A stretch of DNA of 64,000 nt from Octopus vulgaris (lineage: Eukaryota). The stretch is from positions 39,308,001-39,372,000 of the forward strand of contig OX597814.1 of NCBI GenBank assembly GCA_951406725.2. Reading direction: 5' to 3'. The position numbers and the translations under genes were made by a program. The notes beneath the pieces were generated by a model, which did not search any database, was not told where the DNA came from, and saw only the letters and a program-made list of their open reading frames with translations. This document shows, one piece after another, positions 25,138-39,129 of the stretch (the first letter of the stretch is position 1; each line of letters starts with the position of its first letter).

Positions 25138-27123
25138 GCATACACTTACTGCTAAAAAAGTGTTAATATCATATGGCAAAGTGCATTTATAAAACTATGT
25201 ATTAAAATTAAAATATCATAAAATGGTGTTTGTATGCACAAGCAAATGTGTTGACCGCGCAGCAAAAATTAGTCAAAACGACCGGCTACATATAATGTTA
25301 GCAGCGTATGATTAAAGTACTCTTAATTTTCCTTCTTAAATAGAAAGAATACATACATGTGAATATAATTGAATATGTTAACGCTTCTAGTGCTGTAGTG
25401 AACAATAGAATCTCTTTATAAGATACCTGTTATTTCATTACCTTTGAAATTTACGGACCGTAAATCTCCACAGATTCTACTGGCATCTGAAAATGGCATC
25501 TCATGTACTTTACTGAAGACGAAATACAGAATAAACACTCTGGCATTTCATTGTTTTAATGACCTTATTTAGAAAGAATTTCTATAAAGGCGAATTAAGT
25601 CTTTGGTCGTTTATCGCTTGTCGTAAACTCATACATTGTGAGTTTATAAAAAACTGTTAGCCTGCAATTTATTATAATCGATCAACAGGAAAAAAATAAA
25701 ATAACAATGCCATCTCTTGATTAATATTTTATTTCATTTAGTATATTGGTTTCAAATTTTGGAACATGGCCAGTGTTCAACTGGTGCTTCCTTTAACGAA
25801 TCTGTGGAATTTGAACTCAGGAATACCGCTACGGATTTTGCATAGTAACGATTCTGTCAGCTAGTCGCCTTTATACACAACACATTTTACGTGAAAAAGC
25901 TGTTTAAAATATATGATTAGGTAGTAGCTATAGTACGACCAAACGTTTAAGTTTAGTTTCACAAATATGAACTCGAGGATACATCTTGGATAATTATTCG
26001 GTCAAGCATACCTTGATAGAAAAATGTAGTTGATGGAAGTGTGCAGAAAGCGGTCGGATGAATTACAAATGTCATTTAAAAAGTACCATTTTGTTATGCA
26101 CTGTGTCCCTCTGATCCTGCCTGAGAATCATACATGCCAATGGAATAGTCAGCCATTTAAACAGTAATGTAAATGGCTGAGTATTTACATTATTGTCGAG
26201 CGACGAGACCCATCGCGCGTTGGCAGCTCTTGGTCGGTATTGTTCTAGATTATATGTAATACAATAACATCACCTTCGTAGAAACCGTATATATCATTAA
26301 ATTTATTTACAACTGTCAATGCCATTCCGTAACTAGGGCGCAGGCGTGGCTGCGTGCTTTAGAAGTTCATTCTACTCTTGATTTTTTTCTCCTCATAAAT
26401 ACCGCTGTGCGGCAAATTGGGACATTAGCTGTAGCTATAACTTTAGTGTCTATCAGAGCCACAATAGTAGAATTTAATGACAGTAACTTTCAGATGCTTA
26501 TTAGAAAAGTAGTTTCGTTCTTCGGGGGTAAATTTTATCCGTTGCAAGGATTGCCTCTAGTGGAATCCACTCTGCTATAAATATTCCACTCCGAATAGAG
26601 CTTTCTTCCTTCCCATCTACCTCTGACGGAAGTCATAAAAATGTTCATAAGTACTGCCCTCTTCCTATGACTAAGCCATTAAAAATAAATAGGAGAGAGA
26701 AGAGGAAGGAAAAAACGGCTTAAACGACAATCAACCTACAACTGGTAGATCAGCTCGATATAAACTCAACAACAATGAAGATCATTCATACCGTACAAAT
26801 ACAGACTATTAGTAAAACCTTGGGGCGAGAGAGTAATCAATGTGTATTAGAATATTCAATGATCGATTGATACTCAAATCACATCTCTTCCAGCTTAAGA
26901 CCAACTATGATACATTTGTATTAAAGCTTAACTTTTAGATTGAAATAAGCAAGGCTTCTACTAAAACCCTTTCTTTATTCTTCTCTTACAAGAGAAATCG
27001 ATTAAGCCCCTTACTTATATTGTTCATGTGAGAATATTGGTTTGGTCATAACACAGACAATTAATCAATATTAATCAATAACGATAGGTGCGACATATAT
27101 AGGCGTATGTAAATTTCTGTCTC

Positions 27124-27176
<53 letters not shown>

Positions 27177-27271
27177 TAGAACTATAGCGGGGGCACGCAC
27201 ACACACGAACATATATTTAAGTGTATATATATCGATCGTCGAAATATTGTAACTCATAAGAGTTATGTAGA

Positions 27272-27394
<123 letters not shown>

Positions 27395-27560
27395 TATGTA
27401 CAATATCTTAGATGTCTAAAGACATTTATGTATGAATGTATGTGTGTGTGTGAGTGAGTGAGGGTGTGCGCACGATTGTGTTTTTAGATACACAGAGATA
27501 GATGGATAGATAAATAGATTGATTGATAGATGGATAAATATATACAATTTCGTGTATATA

Positions 27561-27597
<37 letters not shown>

Positions 27598-28629
27598 ATA
27601 AAAAATATACATATATGCATATGTGTGTTTGTGTATGCGTGTATGTATACATGTATTTATGTATGTATATATGTATGCATATGCATAAATAAATTATAAA
27701 TTAACAGACAAAAGTTTTAACATAAACATTGTAAATCATGATTTCTGTATGAATAATAATGCGATTTTCAAAATAATGGCTCACGGGACATGAATAATAT
27801 TTTTCTTTTTGCTTCTTTTTTTTTTTTGATAGTTGTGATTGATTAAATATTACCAAATTTGTACCTCACTCTTTCTCAAATTTGTTGCATAATTGTAATA
27901 TATTTTAATTAACAAAATTCAAATGCCGCAAACTGGCTTGCTGTACTGTCAATTAGTTAGCACTTAACCTTAAGAACTAAGATCGTTTCTTGTAATAGCT
28001 ACCAGGACAAAATATCAATCATCCATGCAAATGCTCCATGAATTGCATGTTTGATGAAACATATGCCCAGCATATTTGTAAAGCGTAAGTTTCATCATAT
28101 TCTTACTAGTTTTGTTGATTTGTTAATTTTATCTTTGCTCTTACATTGTTGCTTTCTTTTTGTAAGTGCTTGTATAAATACATACACACATACACACACA
28201 CACACATACACACACACACACATACACACACACACACATATACATATATATATAATCGAACAAAAAAGCAATACAGGACAATAAATCATTCAGACAGATA
28301 GATGATACAAAGGCGAACAACAATTAGAAGGACAGAAAATTAAAAGGAGGGCTGTCATTTGTGGCATTCTTTCTTCAGTCAAATTACCAGATGTCCTTAC
28401 TGCTTCGGGCAGTTACACTTGAGGCAGTTCGACTTGGTTGCTCCCAAAATAGTCTCAGATAAGTGTATTAATTTTTGCGTAAGAAAGCTAGCGAATGTGT
28501 ACGACAGAGACAAAAAACGAAGAACAAGATATGTGATTACAAATACAAACAAGAATATAACAACTAAGAACGAATAAAATAGAAGTTGCGTGTTTGAAGT
28601 GAAAGCCTAAAGGCAGAAACATAGATGGA

Positions 28630-28871
28630 CATATGTGGTGTTGGCGGTCGGCAGTCTGGCTACTAACCCTAAGATTCCGACTTCGATTCCAAGCAGTGAC
28701 CTAAACAACAACAAAAACAACAATAATAATATTAATAATAATAACATCGAAATGAGAAAACAGGTTCGAAATTTCCCCAAGACACCCGAAGAAGGCTAGA
28801 GGGTATATCAGCCGAAACGTTGTATTAACAACAAACAAGATGAGGACGAATATCCGTCGAATGTAAATAAA
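28630..28871 (+). mobile_element. Composite short element: tRNA-like head + Penelope-type tail with hammerhead-like motif
   Basis: B-box-like gacttcgattcc at about 28680; ACAC-CCGAAGA-A-GGCT..AGCC-GAAA-CG-TT-GTAT at 28782-28825; last 45 nt match 5290-5335. Confidence 0.55.
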
Positions 28872-30029
28872 CCAGCTAAGTGTTATTCATTTTTTTTAAA
28901 CCTAAAATTTATATCGAAATTTTTTGAAGAGGATCGAAAAAGTGTGACGCATATGTTGTGGCACAACATACTTTTTATTCATTGAAAATATTAATTGTTA
29001 ATTCCTCTGAGTGTCTCCAATGTAGCATGAAATTCTTCACGGTGCTTATTTACTTTCACCTTGAACTTGAAATTTCAAAATTGATAATGAGTTTTGAGTT
29101 TCCTAGAGAGCAATGTCTGTGATCATAATTCTCATTTACATGATATGATGTGTGTGAGAAAAGTAGAAGTAACATAAATGTTTCATGTTAAAGACAACGA
29201 TGTGTTGATCTGAAAGTAATTGTCACAATATCGATATCTGGTGGAAAATGAAGCATTGCAACAAAACTTTACAGGTATCGAGTTATTTTCTGGGCATTCT
29301 AAAAATTTCTGGAAACTTGATTTGGTTTAACATTCATGGGAACGGCCGAATACATCGAACGAAATTTCGTGCTGGAAAAACCTTTATGATGAAACTACAG
29401 AAAACTTGCTTGAAAGGATAAATCAACATGCAAACACAGACTAACTTCCTTTGAGTATGCATTATTTTTTAACATACCCCTGACTAACATTGTCGGATAT
29501 AATTTCGAGATCGATAAATTACATACAAACAATGGGATTTAAGGCGAATGAAGTCGAAGAAGCAGTAGTGTGAGTATCTAAATGCATTTTAGCATAGAGT
29601 GACATATTTTCATTTTTTAGTTCAAATTCCGAAGATTAATTGCATTTTGTCTTGTTATCACGTGTTAATCGGTAAATATATCGCAATGTCAATGCCCTGA
29701 TATACCTGGAAAAATATGACATAGAATCTACGAAGTAGTACCTATTATTAGTAATATAGAGTGTGTAGACTAGCAGCATGAGTACTGCACCGAAAGATAA
29801 TCCGTATTTAATATATTCCTTTAATACCACTTGACCTATAATAATTATAATTAAATTTGGTTCGACGAATTACTAAGGCATTTCTAATCGTTTTTCTACA
29901 CCTAACGATACTCCTTATACCTATCTTACAAAATTATCATCAAATTACATTCATTTCTATTCATTGTCTGTCTAACATTTTCTTTCTTATTACGACACAC
30001 TCCTTATTTGCGGTCAGACGAAATAGCCG

Positions 30030-31120
30030 GCAGTGAGCAGGCGAAGTCGTTAGCACACCGATCATAATGCTTGGTGACATTTCATCCATCTTTACGTTCT
30101 GAGTTCAAATGCCACCGAGGTCGACTTTGCCTTTCATCCATACCCTGAACTTGCTGGCATTGTGCTAAAATTTGAATCCATTATTCAGTGAGAGAGCAGC
30201 ACACGCCACAAAGTGACAGTGAGGTAAAAATATACGATGCCCAATCAATATCATCATCGTAATTTTCATCATCATCATCATCATCATCAAGCGGCGTCTT
30301 TTCAGGCAGGGAGATGAATCACTGCTGTCTCTAGCAATCGAGTGTCCATAATTGACAAGACCAAACAAGGTCGAAATCACACTAGGGACATAAACAAGAG
30401 TTCATGCTGCAGCCGCAAAAAAGTCAATAGCAGAGTTTCTCTCATGGTAAGTACCGCAGCAAAGTTTGTTCTAAGAAAACATCTACGTTTAAGTCGAAAT
30501 ACATTTTACCTCTCAGAATTCTTAATACGAAATCTGTAGCTAATATATATTTACGTTCTGAGTTCAAATGCCACCTTTTTTTCATTTAGTGCTTCATCCT
30601 TTAAGTGTGGATGAACCCTGGGGCCGACGTAACTGACTAACCCTTTCCCCAAAATTTAAGGTCGTGTGCCTTTTGTAGGCAGTTTTGTATTTTTAGGTAG
30701 AACCGACAGCACATAGGGTAAAATGCTCGGTAGCATTTCGACCGCCTTACCTATGTGGGTCGACTTTGCCTTTTAACCCTTCGGGATCGATAAAATAAGT
30801 ACCATTTGATCACTGGGGTTGATTTAATTGACTGAACCCTCCACGAAACTGATGGCCTTGAGCCAGAATTTGACACCATTATCATTGTTCTTGTTCTTGT
30901 ACTTGTTTATATTATTATTAAAGCGATGTATCGTTCTAGTGTCGGTCAGATGAAATGCTTAGTGGCATTTACTACAACTCATTACGTCTTCAGTTCAAAT
31001 TTCGCCGAAGTAGATTCAGCCTTTCTTCCATTCGGGGACGATAAAATAATTATGAGCTTCGAACTAGATTCGATGTAACCGACTAGACACCTCAGACAAA
31101 ATTTTAGCCTATAATAGAAA
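30030..31120 (+). mobile_element. Cluster of four partial SINE family B copies
   Basis: Repeated aaatgctt.g..gcattt / ttacgttctgagttcaaat / gtcgactttgcctttcatcc / gataaaataagtacc blocks at about 30035, 30550, 30700 and 30940. Confidence 0.75.
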
Positions 31121-32484
31121 ATATTATGATTATCATTATTAGCAGTTGTAGCAGTGGTAGTAGCTGTTGATTTTAGAAGAGAGGAGAAGGAGCAGGAGCA
31201 GCAGATAAAAGGGTGGAGTGTGAAAAGAATTATAGGAAACAAGCCTAAAAGCATGCAGCCCTAGTAGCCGTAATGGAAAACGGGAAAAAGAAAGATCGTA
31301 ATCATTAATTGTAGTATAACTACCGATCTGCAGCTCTTAATTATTAAAGAACCTACGAGAATGCGCATGATGGTTAAAGATTATTTGCACATTTATATTT
31401 AAAAAGGCCTTCTTACGAAGACGAAAAACATGCAAAGAGGCAAAAAAAGCCCACCTCAAAACAGGTGACTACATGGGCGGCATTTATGTGATCTAATTTG
31501 TAATGTAAGCAGCAGTGAATTAACGATAGCATATCATTTTAAATAGTACCTTATGTTTTGTGTTGTCTTTGATTTGTCCCTTTCACGTAAAATATGTGTT
31601 CATGCATATATCTGTGATATGAGTGCATATATGTGTGTGTGTGTATACACAAATGCTCACATGAATACATACATATATGCATACATACATGCATACATAC
31701 GTACATACATATATGTACATAAAGGCATCAAATACGAAATTATGCTACGTTTTATTTCATTGACTTACAATAATACATTTTTTCAGTGATATTTGTGCAG
31801 GACTTTCCATACCAATCGTACCTTCTTTTGTATAAATTTCGTTAAGTAAATAATCTCAAACAAGCCTCATTACAAATATGTTATCCGATGAATAAAATGT
31901 TTTATCCAGATGTAATTGCGGAACCTCGTATAAATGCTCAAAAACACTGTTGCATTATTTAAAATATATGATCCATTTTCTTTCCTCAACACACCAAGTA
32001 TATCTGAGGTATTGTATGTGCTTAGAATGAAATGCTTGAGGCATATTCTAGAATTAAAATCATTACAAGTTGCATTGATTATGTATAACATTTAGGGTTT
32101 TCATTATAATGGGAAATAAATTTCACGTCATTCATGACAACTGAAAGACTAAAAATAATATGGAGTCCTAGAATAATCTTTCGAGTTTAAAATAGGGCGT
32201 CTTATGCCACAATATTGCTTGTGTGAATAATTCATTATGAAAAGAAATTGACATGAATTGTTATACGAAGCTGCCATTGCACACATGAGTCTTCGTGTAT
32301 TTTATATATGTTGTATAGATTCACACACATACTAGTATATATGCTGTTGTATATACTTACACATGCGCGCGTGTGTATGAGTGCATCTGCTTTTGTGTGT
32401 TTATGTGTGTGCATATATCTATACACACACACACCTACATATATATACATACACATATATATATATATACATAATAGTAATGAT

Positions 32485-32692
32485 AATAATAATCCATTGA
32501 TGGAATTTATGAATATTTTAATGAATCGTTACACACATTTTCAAAAGTCACATATGATTGTGACTATGGTCCACATCCCTGGGATAATTACATATTACAT
32601 GTTTTATTGTAATCATCAGAAGAATGCAGACTATGGAATCACGCGTAGCGACACATTGAAATATTCATAAATTCTATCAATTGATTATCATT
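32485..32692. repeat. About 49-bp imperfect inverted repeats (MITE-like)
   Basis: 32485-32533 versus 32644-32692 reverse-complementary. Confidence 0.65.
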
Positions 32693-32693
32693 G

Positions 32694-32769
<76 letters not shown>

Positions 32770-32797
32770 TACTATTACTATTATTGTTATTATTATT

Positions 32798-33774
32798 GTT
32801 TTTTCCTTCTTTCTTCAAATTTTCTTCCGTTCTCGCCGAGTGTTTTCCATACACCTAGGGCAGAGAAGCTCATTGTATGCACTCCCAGATTACACACGCA
32901 AATTCACAGATGAAATATGTATTTAAAAAGTAAAAAATAAATAAATTCATGGATGGATGTTGTTTTCACAGCGATAATGCTCTTCTCAGTACATGAGCCG
33001 TTCCAGTTGATACGATTTTTTGCACTTCCTGTAGGGATGGTAAGACTGGAATCATTTTCAAGTAGGTTTCAGTACCTTTTTTTTTATCATTCCTAGAGAT
33101 CCTACAGTCACTGGTACTGTAGTCACCTTGATATGCCACATTTTTTCAATTTCTATTATCAGGTCTTTATATTTACTAATCTTATCAAATTCTTTCGCCG
33201 CTATATTGTGATCGAAAGGGATACTCATATCAATTAATAAAGACATCTTTTGTGTCTGATCTTTTATAATAATATCCGGTTTATTAGCTTTTATAGTCTT
33301 GTCGGTCTGTACGGGGAAGTCCCATAGAATCGACACATTTTCTCCCTCAGTCACAGCTTCAGGATGGTGTTTATACCATTTGTCAGCAGTTTTGATTTTA
33401 TTATACCGTCATATTGTCCAATGTAAATACTGGCTGACTCTGTCATGTCTTGCTTTATATTCTATAGGTGCTAAGACTCTACACCCTGAGATTAGGTGGT
33501 CTATTGTTTCAATCTCATCGTTACGGAATCGGTATACTGGGTCAGCTCCATTTTTTATTACATTGGCTTGGTAGTTCCCGTCTAATAAGCTTTGGTCTTG
33601 AGCAGCTAATATGAAACCTTCACTCTCTGCTTTTAGCCCTGAACTTCGTAACCATTGGTGCGTGTGTTTCTGGTCGATATCAGCTTGTTTGCTACGGGCC
33701 ACAAACTTGCCATGGAGAGGTTTCTGTTCCCATCTGCTAGCTAAACTTTCATGTGCTTTTGTCTTTGTAATTAA

Positions 33775-33777
<3 letters not shown>
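32798..33777 (-). mobile_element. R4/Dong-like RLE LINE 3' fragment inserted in (TAA)n
   Basis: WEQKPLHGKF, LKAESEGFILAAQDQSL, ETIDHLISGC..LA..EYKARHD, ILWDF..QTDK....NKPDIII, LIDMSIP, KISKYKDL; (TTA)n tracts at 32697-32797 and 33778-33862. Confidence 0.9.
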
Positions 33778-33865
<88 letters not shown>

Positions 33866-34837
33866 AATAATAATATTAGTGTCAATATCGCAATCTCCGT
33901 CAAAAGTGGCATGATCACTAAAATGAACTTGAGCACGTGAAAGCAATATCCAAAGGGTTTGCTTTTCCAGTCCAAACAAACGATCGAACTGAGTGAGTAT
34001 TTTAGATTGATTCTCTTCTCGGCCATTTCGAGTTAGTATCTTCTACTTCTATGCAGATACAATCGTGATCTTACTAGCAATCTGTTGTTGACGTTCTCTG
34101 AAACTACATCCCATATTAATCGCCATATATGACTGGCTAAAATTATGACATAATGCCTTTCATCAATCCTAAAAGATGATCTGTGATTATTCAGCCTGAT
34201 ATTAAAAGAATCTACTGTTGTACCAAGGTCTTTCTTTATATGCTCAGTCTCGTTGGTTCTGAAGAACGTTATTTATTTCCTAGACCATAGCTTCTGTATT
34301 TTCTCAACTGTTCACTGGAACTAACTGTAACATCTATATAAGCATTCAACTTTCATTACTCGGGAACTTTTCAATGCAATCGTATCACTCCAAGTATCAA
34401 TTGACCGATAAATCTCTCTATATAGCCAACATACAATTTATTATGGGTAATTTTTTTCTCTTTGCGATAAGAACAGCACATATCTAATGGATATCATATA
34501 ATTGTTACAAAATATTCATATCCTGGATAGAATTAATTTATTCTGTATCCAGGTAATTATTTTCCAGAGCAATACCGTCTTGATCATATATATATATATA
34601 TATTTCAGTTTTACAGATACACATATGTACAAACAGGCACAGCACTAACACCTATGAATACATGTTTCTCTGTCCCAAACACTTCGTATGTAAATAACTT
34701 TTCAAAAAAACCCAGTGTAAATTTTCAACACGCTCAAACAGATTCGCGGCAATCTAAAACACATCTAGGTTTTCTTTAACCTAATTCAGAGTCATTTTGA
34801 AAATCTTCGTTATATTTTCTCTTTAACAATTGGTCAA

Positions 34838-34960
34838 GCACAACAACAACATCAACAGCCAGGAATCCATAAACAGTAAAAAGCTAAACGACAACAACAA
34901 CAACAACAGTCAGGGACCCATGAATATCTACAAGCTAAACAACAACAACAACAACAATAA
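34838..34960 (+). repeat. Two degenerate copies of a ~50-bp unit interleaved with (CAA)n
   Basis: caacagccaggaatccataaac..aagctaaac and caacagtcagggacccatgaat..aagctaaac. Confidence 0.6.
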
Positions 34961-35001
34961 TAATCATGAACAACAACAACAACAATAGTCGCTCCTAAAT
35001 T

Positions 35002-35045
35002 CCAGGTAAAGAGATACTATTGAACGGTAGTATCTCTTTACCTGG
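35002..35045. repeat. Perfect 18-bp hairpin
   Basis: CCAGGTAAAGAGATACTA-ttgaacgg-TAGTATCTCTTTACCTGG. Confidence 0.9.
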
Positions 35046-35237
35046 TGAATGAAACTCATCACTCTCACAGCAGCCACCACAATTGTCATCGTCGTCATCT
35101 TCATTCTCATCACCACCACAGCCACCATTGACATCTGCCACTTCAAACACTAAATATAAACCACTGCTTTCTTTCCCCACATCGCCACCTCAATCCTACT
35201 GTAGTATAAAAAAACCTTTAAAAAATGTGTAGTGGAA

Positions 35238-38200
35238 TGTGTCCCCCACGGCACTAACAAGGACCTCCAAAAATATGCCGTTATTTCCTATGTTACAGGC
35301 TGTACACAAGTAGAGACTCCATCTTTACACATATACCTATCACTAGGCGCACAACCCAGACAAATACTACAAGCCAAGGCCGAAGCACGCGTCCCACAAT
35401 AACATCAACGTCAACACCACCAAATAGTAAAGTTAAAAAACGCATAACACGGAATCCCAAAATCTGCTGGTATCCACAACACGAGAAACTATGTCTGTTG
35501 CGTAACTGTCCCTTCACTCATCTTCCAGGGACCCGACACACTAGCAGAAATGGGGCTCGAAGCCAACACACAAAAACCACAATAAAAATACTGCCTACCG
35601 TAGTAATGCTGGTCCAGTCTTTTCAGGAAGACGCAAAAACAACAACAACAACAACAAAAACAACACTAAAAAACCACAACAAAAGCGGAAACGACAACAC
35701 TATCCAACAGTGTAACCACACCTCCAGTCAAAAACTGTTTCCTAAGCAGGAAAATTCTTTTTTATCCATGTTGAACCTGAAAAAAAGAGATACAAAAACA
35801 CTTTTAGCAATCACTCAATAACATCCTATTCTATTACGGCAGTGCACAAACTCCCCACATTGCTGTCACTAACATACAATCAGAACACCCCCCCTGCAAC
35901 AGTCAAAAGCTGCCGCTACGCAAGCTTCCACATTTCTACTCAATGTGTCAGTCGCTCAATCAATTCGCAAAAATGAAAGATCCAATTCATTGAGAATTGA
36001 GTTGGTAACCATACACACGACATCCATTTCTTCATTCTTACTGAGACCCATCTTGACAACTCTCGCTCGGAAGCCGAAGTGAAAGTAAATAATTTCACAA
36101 TCATCCGCGCGGATCGTGTCGACAGAAGGAAGGGTGGAATAACCATTTTCTTGCATGATTCCTTTTCGCTAGATGGAAATACGACATTCTCCAATGGCTA
36201 CCGTGAATCGGTCACGGTGCACAACAAAGCCAATGATCTGAGAGTAGCTGGGTCACTTCAAACACTGTGCTTTAATGAATGCCCCAACGGCATTAAGTGC
36301 TTTATTCAACAGTGCCATTCTAATAAAATAATTATGACGGGAGATTTTAATCTACCCTGTGATGATTAGTCTACAAAGGGTTTGAAATCAGGCACTCACA
36401 CCTCAACTGCTGACAAACAAGCAGTAGAGTTACTTCTCGACTTTATGAATGACTTTTTCTTGTCCTAACTTATCCTTGCACCAACAGGATTTCAGGACAT
36501 TTTAGACCTTGTGTTTAGTAACCTCACCAAAAAAAATACCATATTTTAGTGGGAAAAACCCTTCTTTCAGACCATGGCATAGTTTTCTGTAACCTGAGAG
36601 TCACCCAGCCGAAAGCCAATCCTAGTAACCTCTCTCAAGCCCACCCATTTGATACCATAGATATCTCCATAATGCCAACTGGGATGCAATACAGGAACGA
36701 GCTATCACAATGTTGACTGGTCCTTTACACATGCACAAACATCTCCTCCAACCATTAAAACATCTTGGCAGATCGTTTGTAGACACCGTCACAGACATAT
36801 GTGCAAAACATACCCCAACAAGACCTGTGAAGAAAACTAAGTGCAGAATTTCCCTAAACAGAAACACGATTATCAGAAAAATAAAAAAAAGAACAAACAA
36901 AGGAAATTAACTAACTAAAATACGGCCAACAGCCACATATAAATTTGACAGCTATCACCCTACTGGAATCAAAACTGTATAACCTCCAACAATGCCTGAA
37001 GATCATCATCAATAACCAAAGAACAGCTGAGGAGACATGGGCCGTTGAGACAATCAAGCTCAACCCCAAAGCGCTCTTCACTTTTGCGAGGAAACACAAG
37101 GTCACTGTCTCCACTGTTGGCCCTCTAATTTATGAAAATGGCAAGCCCCAAAATAATGCCAAAACCATCAATGAGATACAGCAGAAACAGTACTACTCTG
37201 CTTTTAACAATCCCGATGTGGACTGCAGTACTGGTGTTAATCCTCGACACACTATATCGGACATAAGGCTTGGCGCCCCTGATGACTTAGCGGCAATAAA
37301 TGAAATTCAGCACAATTTAGCACAATTCAGCAATACGCCCTGGTAGGTCCCCTGCTTGTGTCCAGGGTGTTTCGACTCCACCTTGCATCTCCTCTTGTCA
37401 ATCTGTAGATGCTGGTTATATTCCTGAGAACTTTCTGTCCCAGTCTGTTGTCTCAGTTTTCAAAAGGAAATAAAGTCCTTTGCAGCGAACTACCGGCCCA
37501 TCTTGCTCACCTCTCATATCATCTAGGTATTTGAGAGGGAGGTGAGATCACGGATAACTCGTTGTTTTGAAAGCAACAGATTGCTGAACTCCAACCAATA
37601 TGGGGTTCCGTAATGGAAGGAACTGCCTATCGCACCTCCTGCATCATCTTGCTGACATTTTGAGACCTTTGGAAGACGGCGCGAATATTGATGCCATTTA
37701 TCTTGATTTCAGCAAGGCCTTTTACAGGGTGGATCATAAGATCCTCTTGAAAAAAACTATCCACCTTTGGTGTCTCTGGAAATTTACTACAATGGATCAA
37801 GTGTTTCCTGGGCAAAACCCAACACGTTGTAGTCAAAAGGCGTAAAATCAATCCTAGCCAATGTTGGTAGTGGTGTTCCACAATGCACCATGTTGGGCCC
37901 ACTCCTTTTCATCATTTATATCAATGGCATTACTGACACAATCAAGCACAGTAACATAAGAAACTTTGCAGATGATTCCGAGATCCAGAAGCTAATCAAT
38001 GAAGTGAGTGACGGGGCATGCCTTCAGTCAGATCTACTAGCTGCCATCCAATGTGCTGAAAAGAATAATATTCTGCAGAACGAGGACAAATTTGAGTTAA
38101 TCCACTTCGGAAAAGATGATGCCCTAAAACTCCCATACTCCCTTCCTTCAGGCGAAATTCTCATAGCGTCTAACAACATCAGGGACTTGGAGCTAATTGT

Positions 38201-38940
38201 GAACGACAACATAAGCTGGGCCGCTCATATAAACAGCAAACTTGACGTGGCCCACAGAATGTGTTCCTGGATTCTCAGAATTTTCAAGTCGAGAGATATC
38301 CACACCATTATCTTTCTCTTCTCTACTCTTGTCTGACCTTACTTTGAATACTGTTGTCCACTGTGGTCTCCCCACATGAAACAAAGTATCATGAAAATTG
38401 AAGCAACTCAAAAGTCAATTACGAAAAAATAGATGGCATGACAGGCCTTGACTGTTGTAGTCGACTAGAAAAGCTTAAGCTTTGTTCTTTCCAACGCCGC
38501 GGTGAGCGCAACATCATCTGCATGGTGTGGAAAATATTCCATCAGTATAGCTCAAATGATGCGGGCATCGCCTTTAAGATACACCCAAAAATTGGACACC
38601 TAGCTATCTGCCCACAACATAAGTTATACTCGCACCACATGACATCAATACGGCACAGATATTTCACCTTAATTGACCCCGATTTCTTTAATATTGCACC
38701 AAAACACATTAAAGCAGAAACAGACCCTATAAAGTTGAAGAAGTGTTTGAACAAATTCCTTCAAAAAAGTCTTGCATAAAGCTTCTACACACGGATATGT
38801 CTCCGTAAACAATAAGTCTCTCCACGAGTGGGTCATGCTGTCTGATTCCTAATTTGAATGATTTTGCAAGGTGGTGCTATTAAGTTAGACATGGCTTGGG
38901 CAAATACTGTCCGAAACGTATCAAAGATCAAAGTACGAAA

Positions 38941-38941
<1 letters not shown>
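35238..38941 (+). mobile_element. CR1-like LINE copy 2, pseudogenised (same family as 9737..13420)
   Basis: Colinear with copy 1 from ORF1 ([18 protein letters not shown]) through APE (GDFNLP) and RT ([12 protein letters not shown]) to the tatcaaag-like tail + (TA)n; many stops and frameshifts. Confidence 0.95.
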
Positions 38942-38978
<37 letters not shown>

Positions 38979-39002
38979 TTATCTGTATGTATGTATGTAT
39001 GC

Positions 39003-39060
<58 letters not shown>

Positions 39061-39129
39061 GTTTGTATATATACACATACATATGTATCTATGTATATAT
39101 ATATATACACATACACACGCATATATGTG

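Noticed and set aside
28920-29482. Possible decayed Tc1/mariner remnant
   Set aside because: Only a vague terminal resemblance; no paired TIR or readable transposase motif
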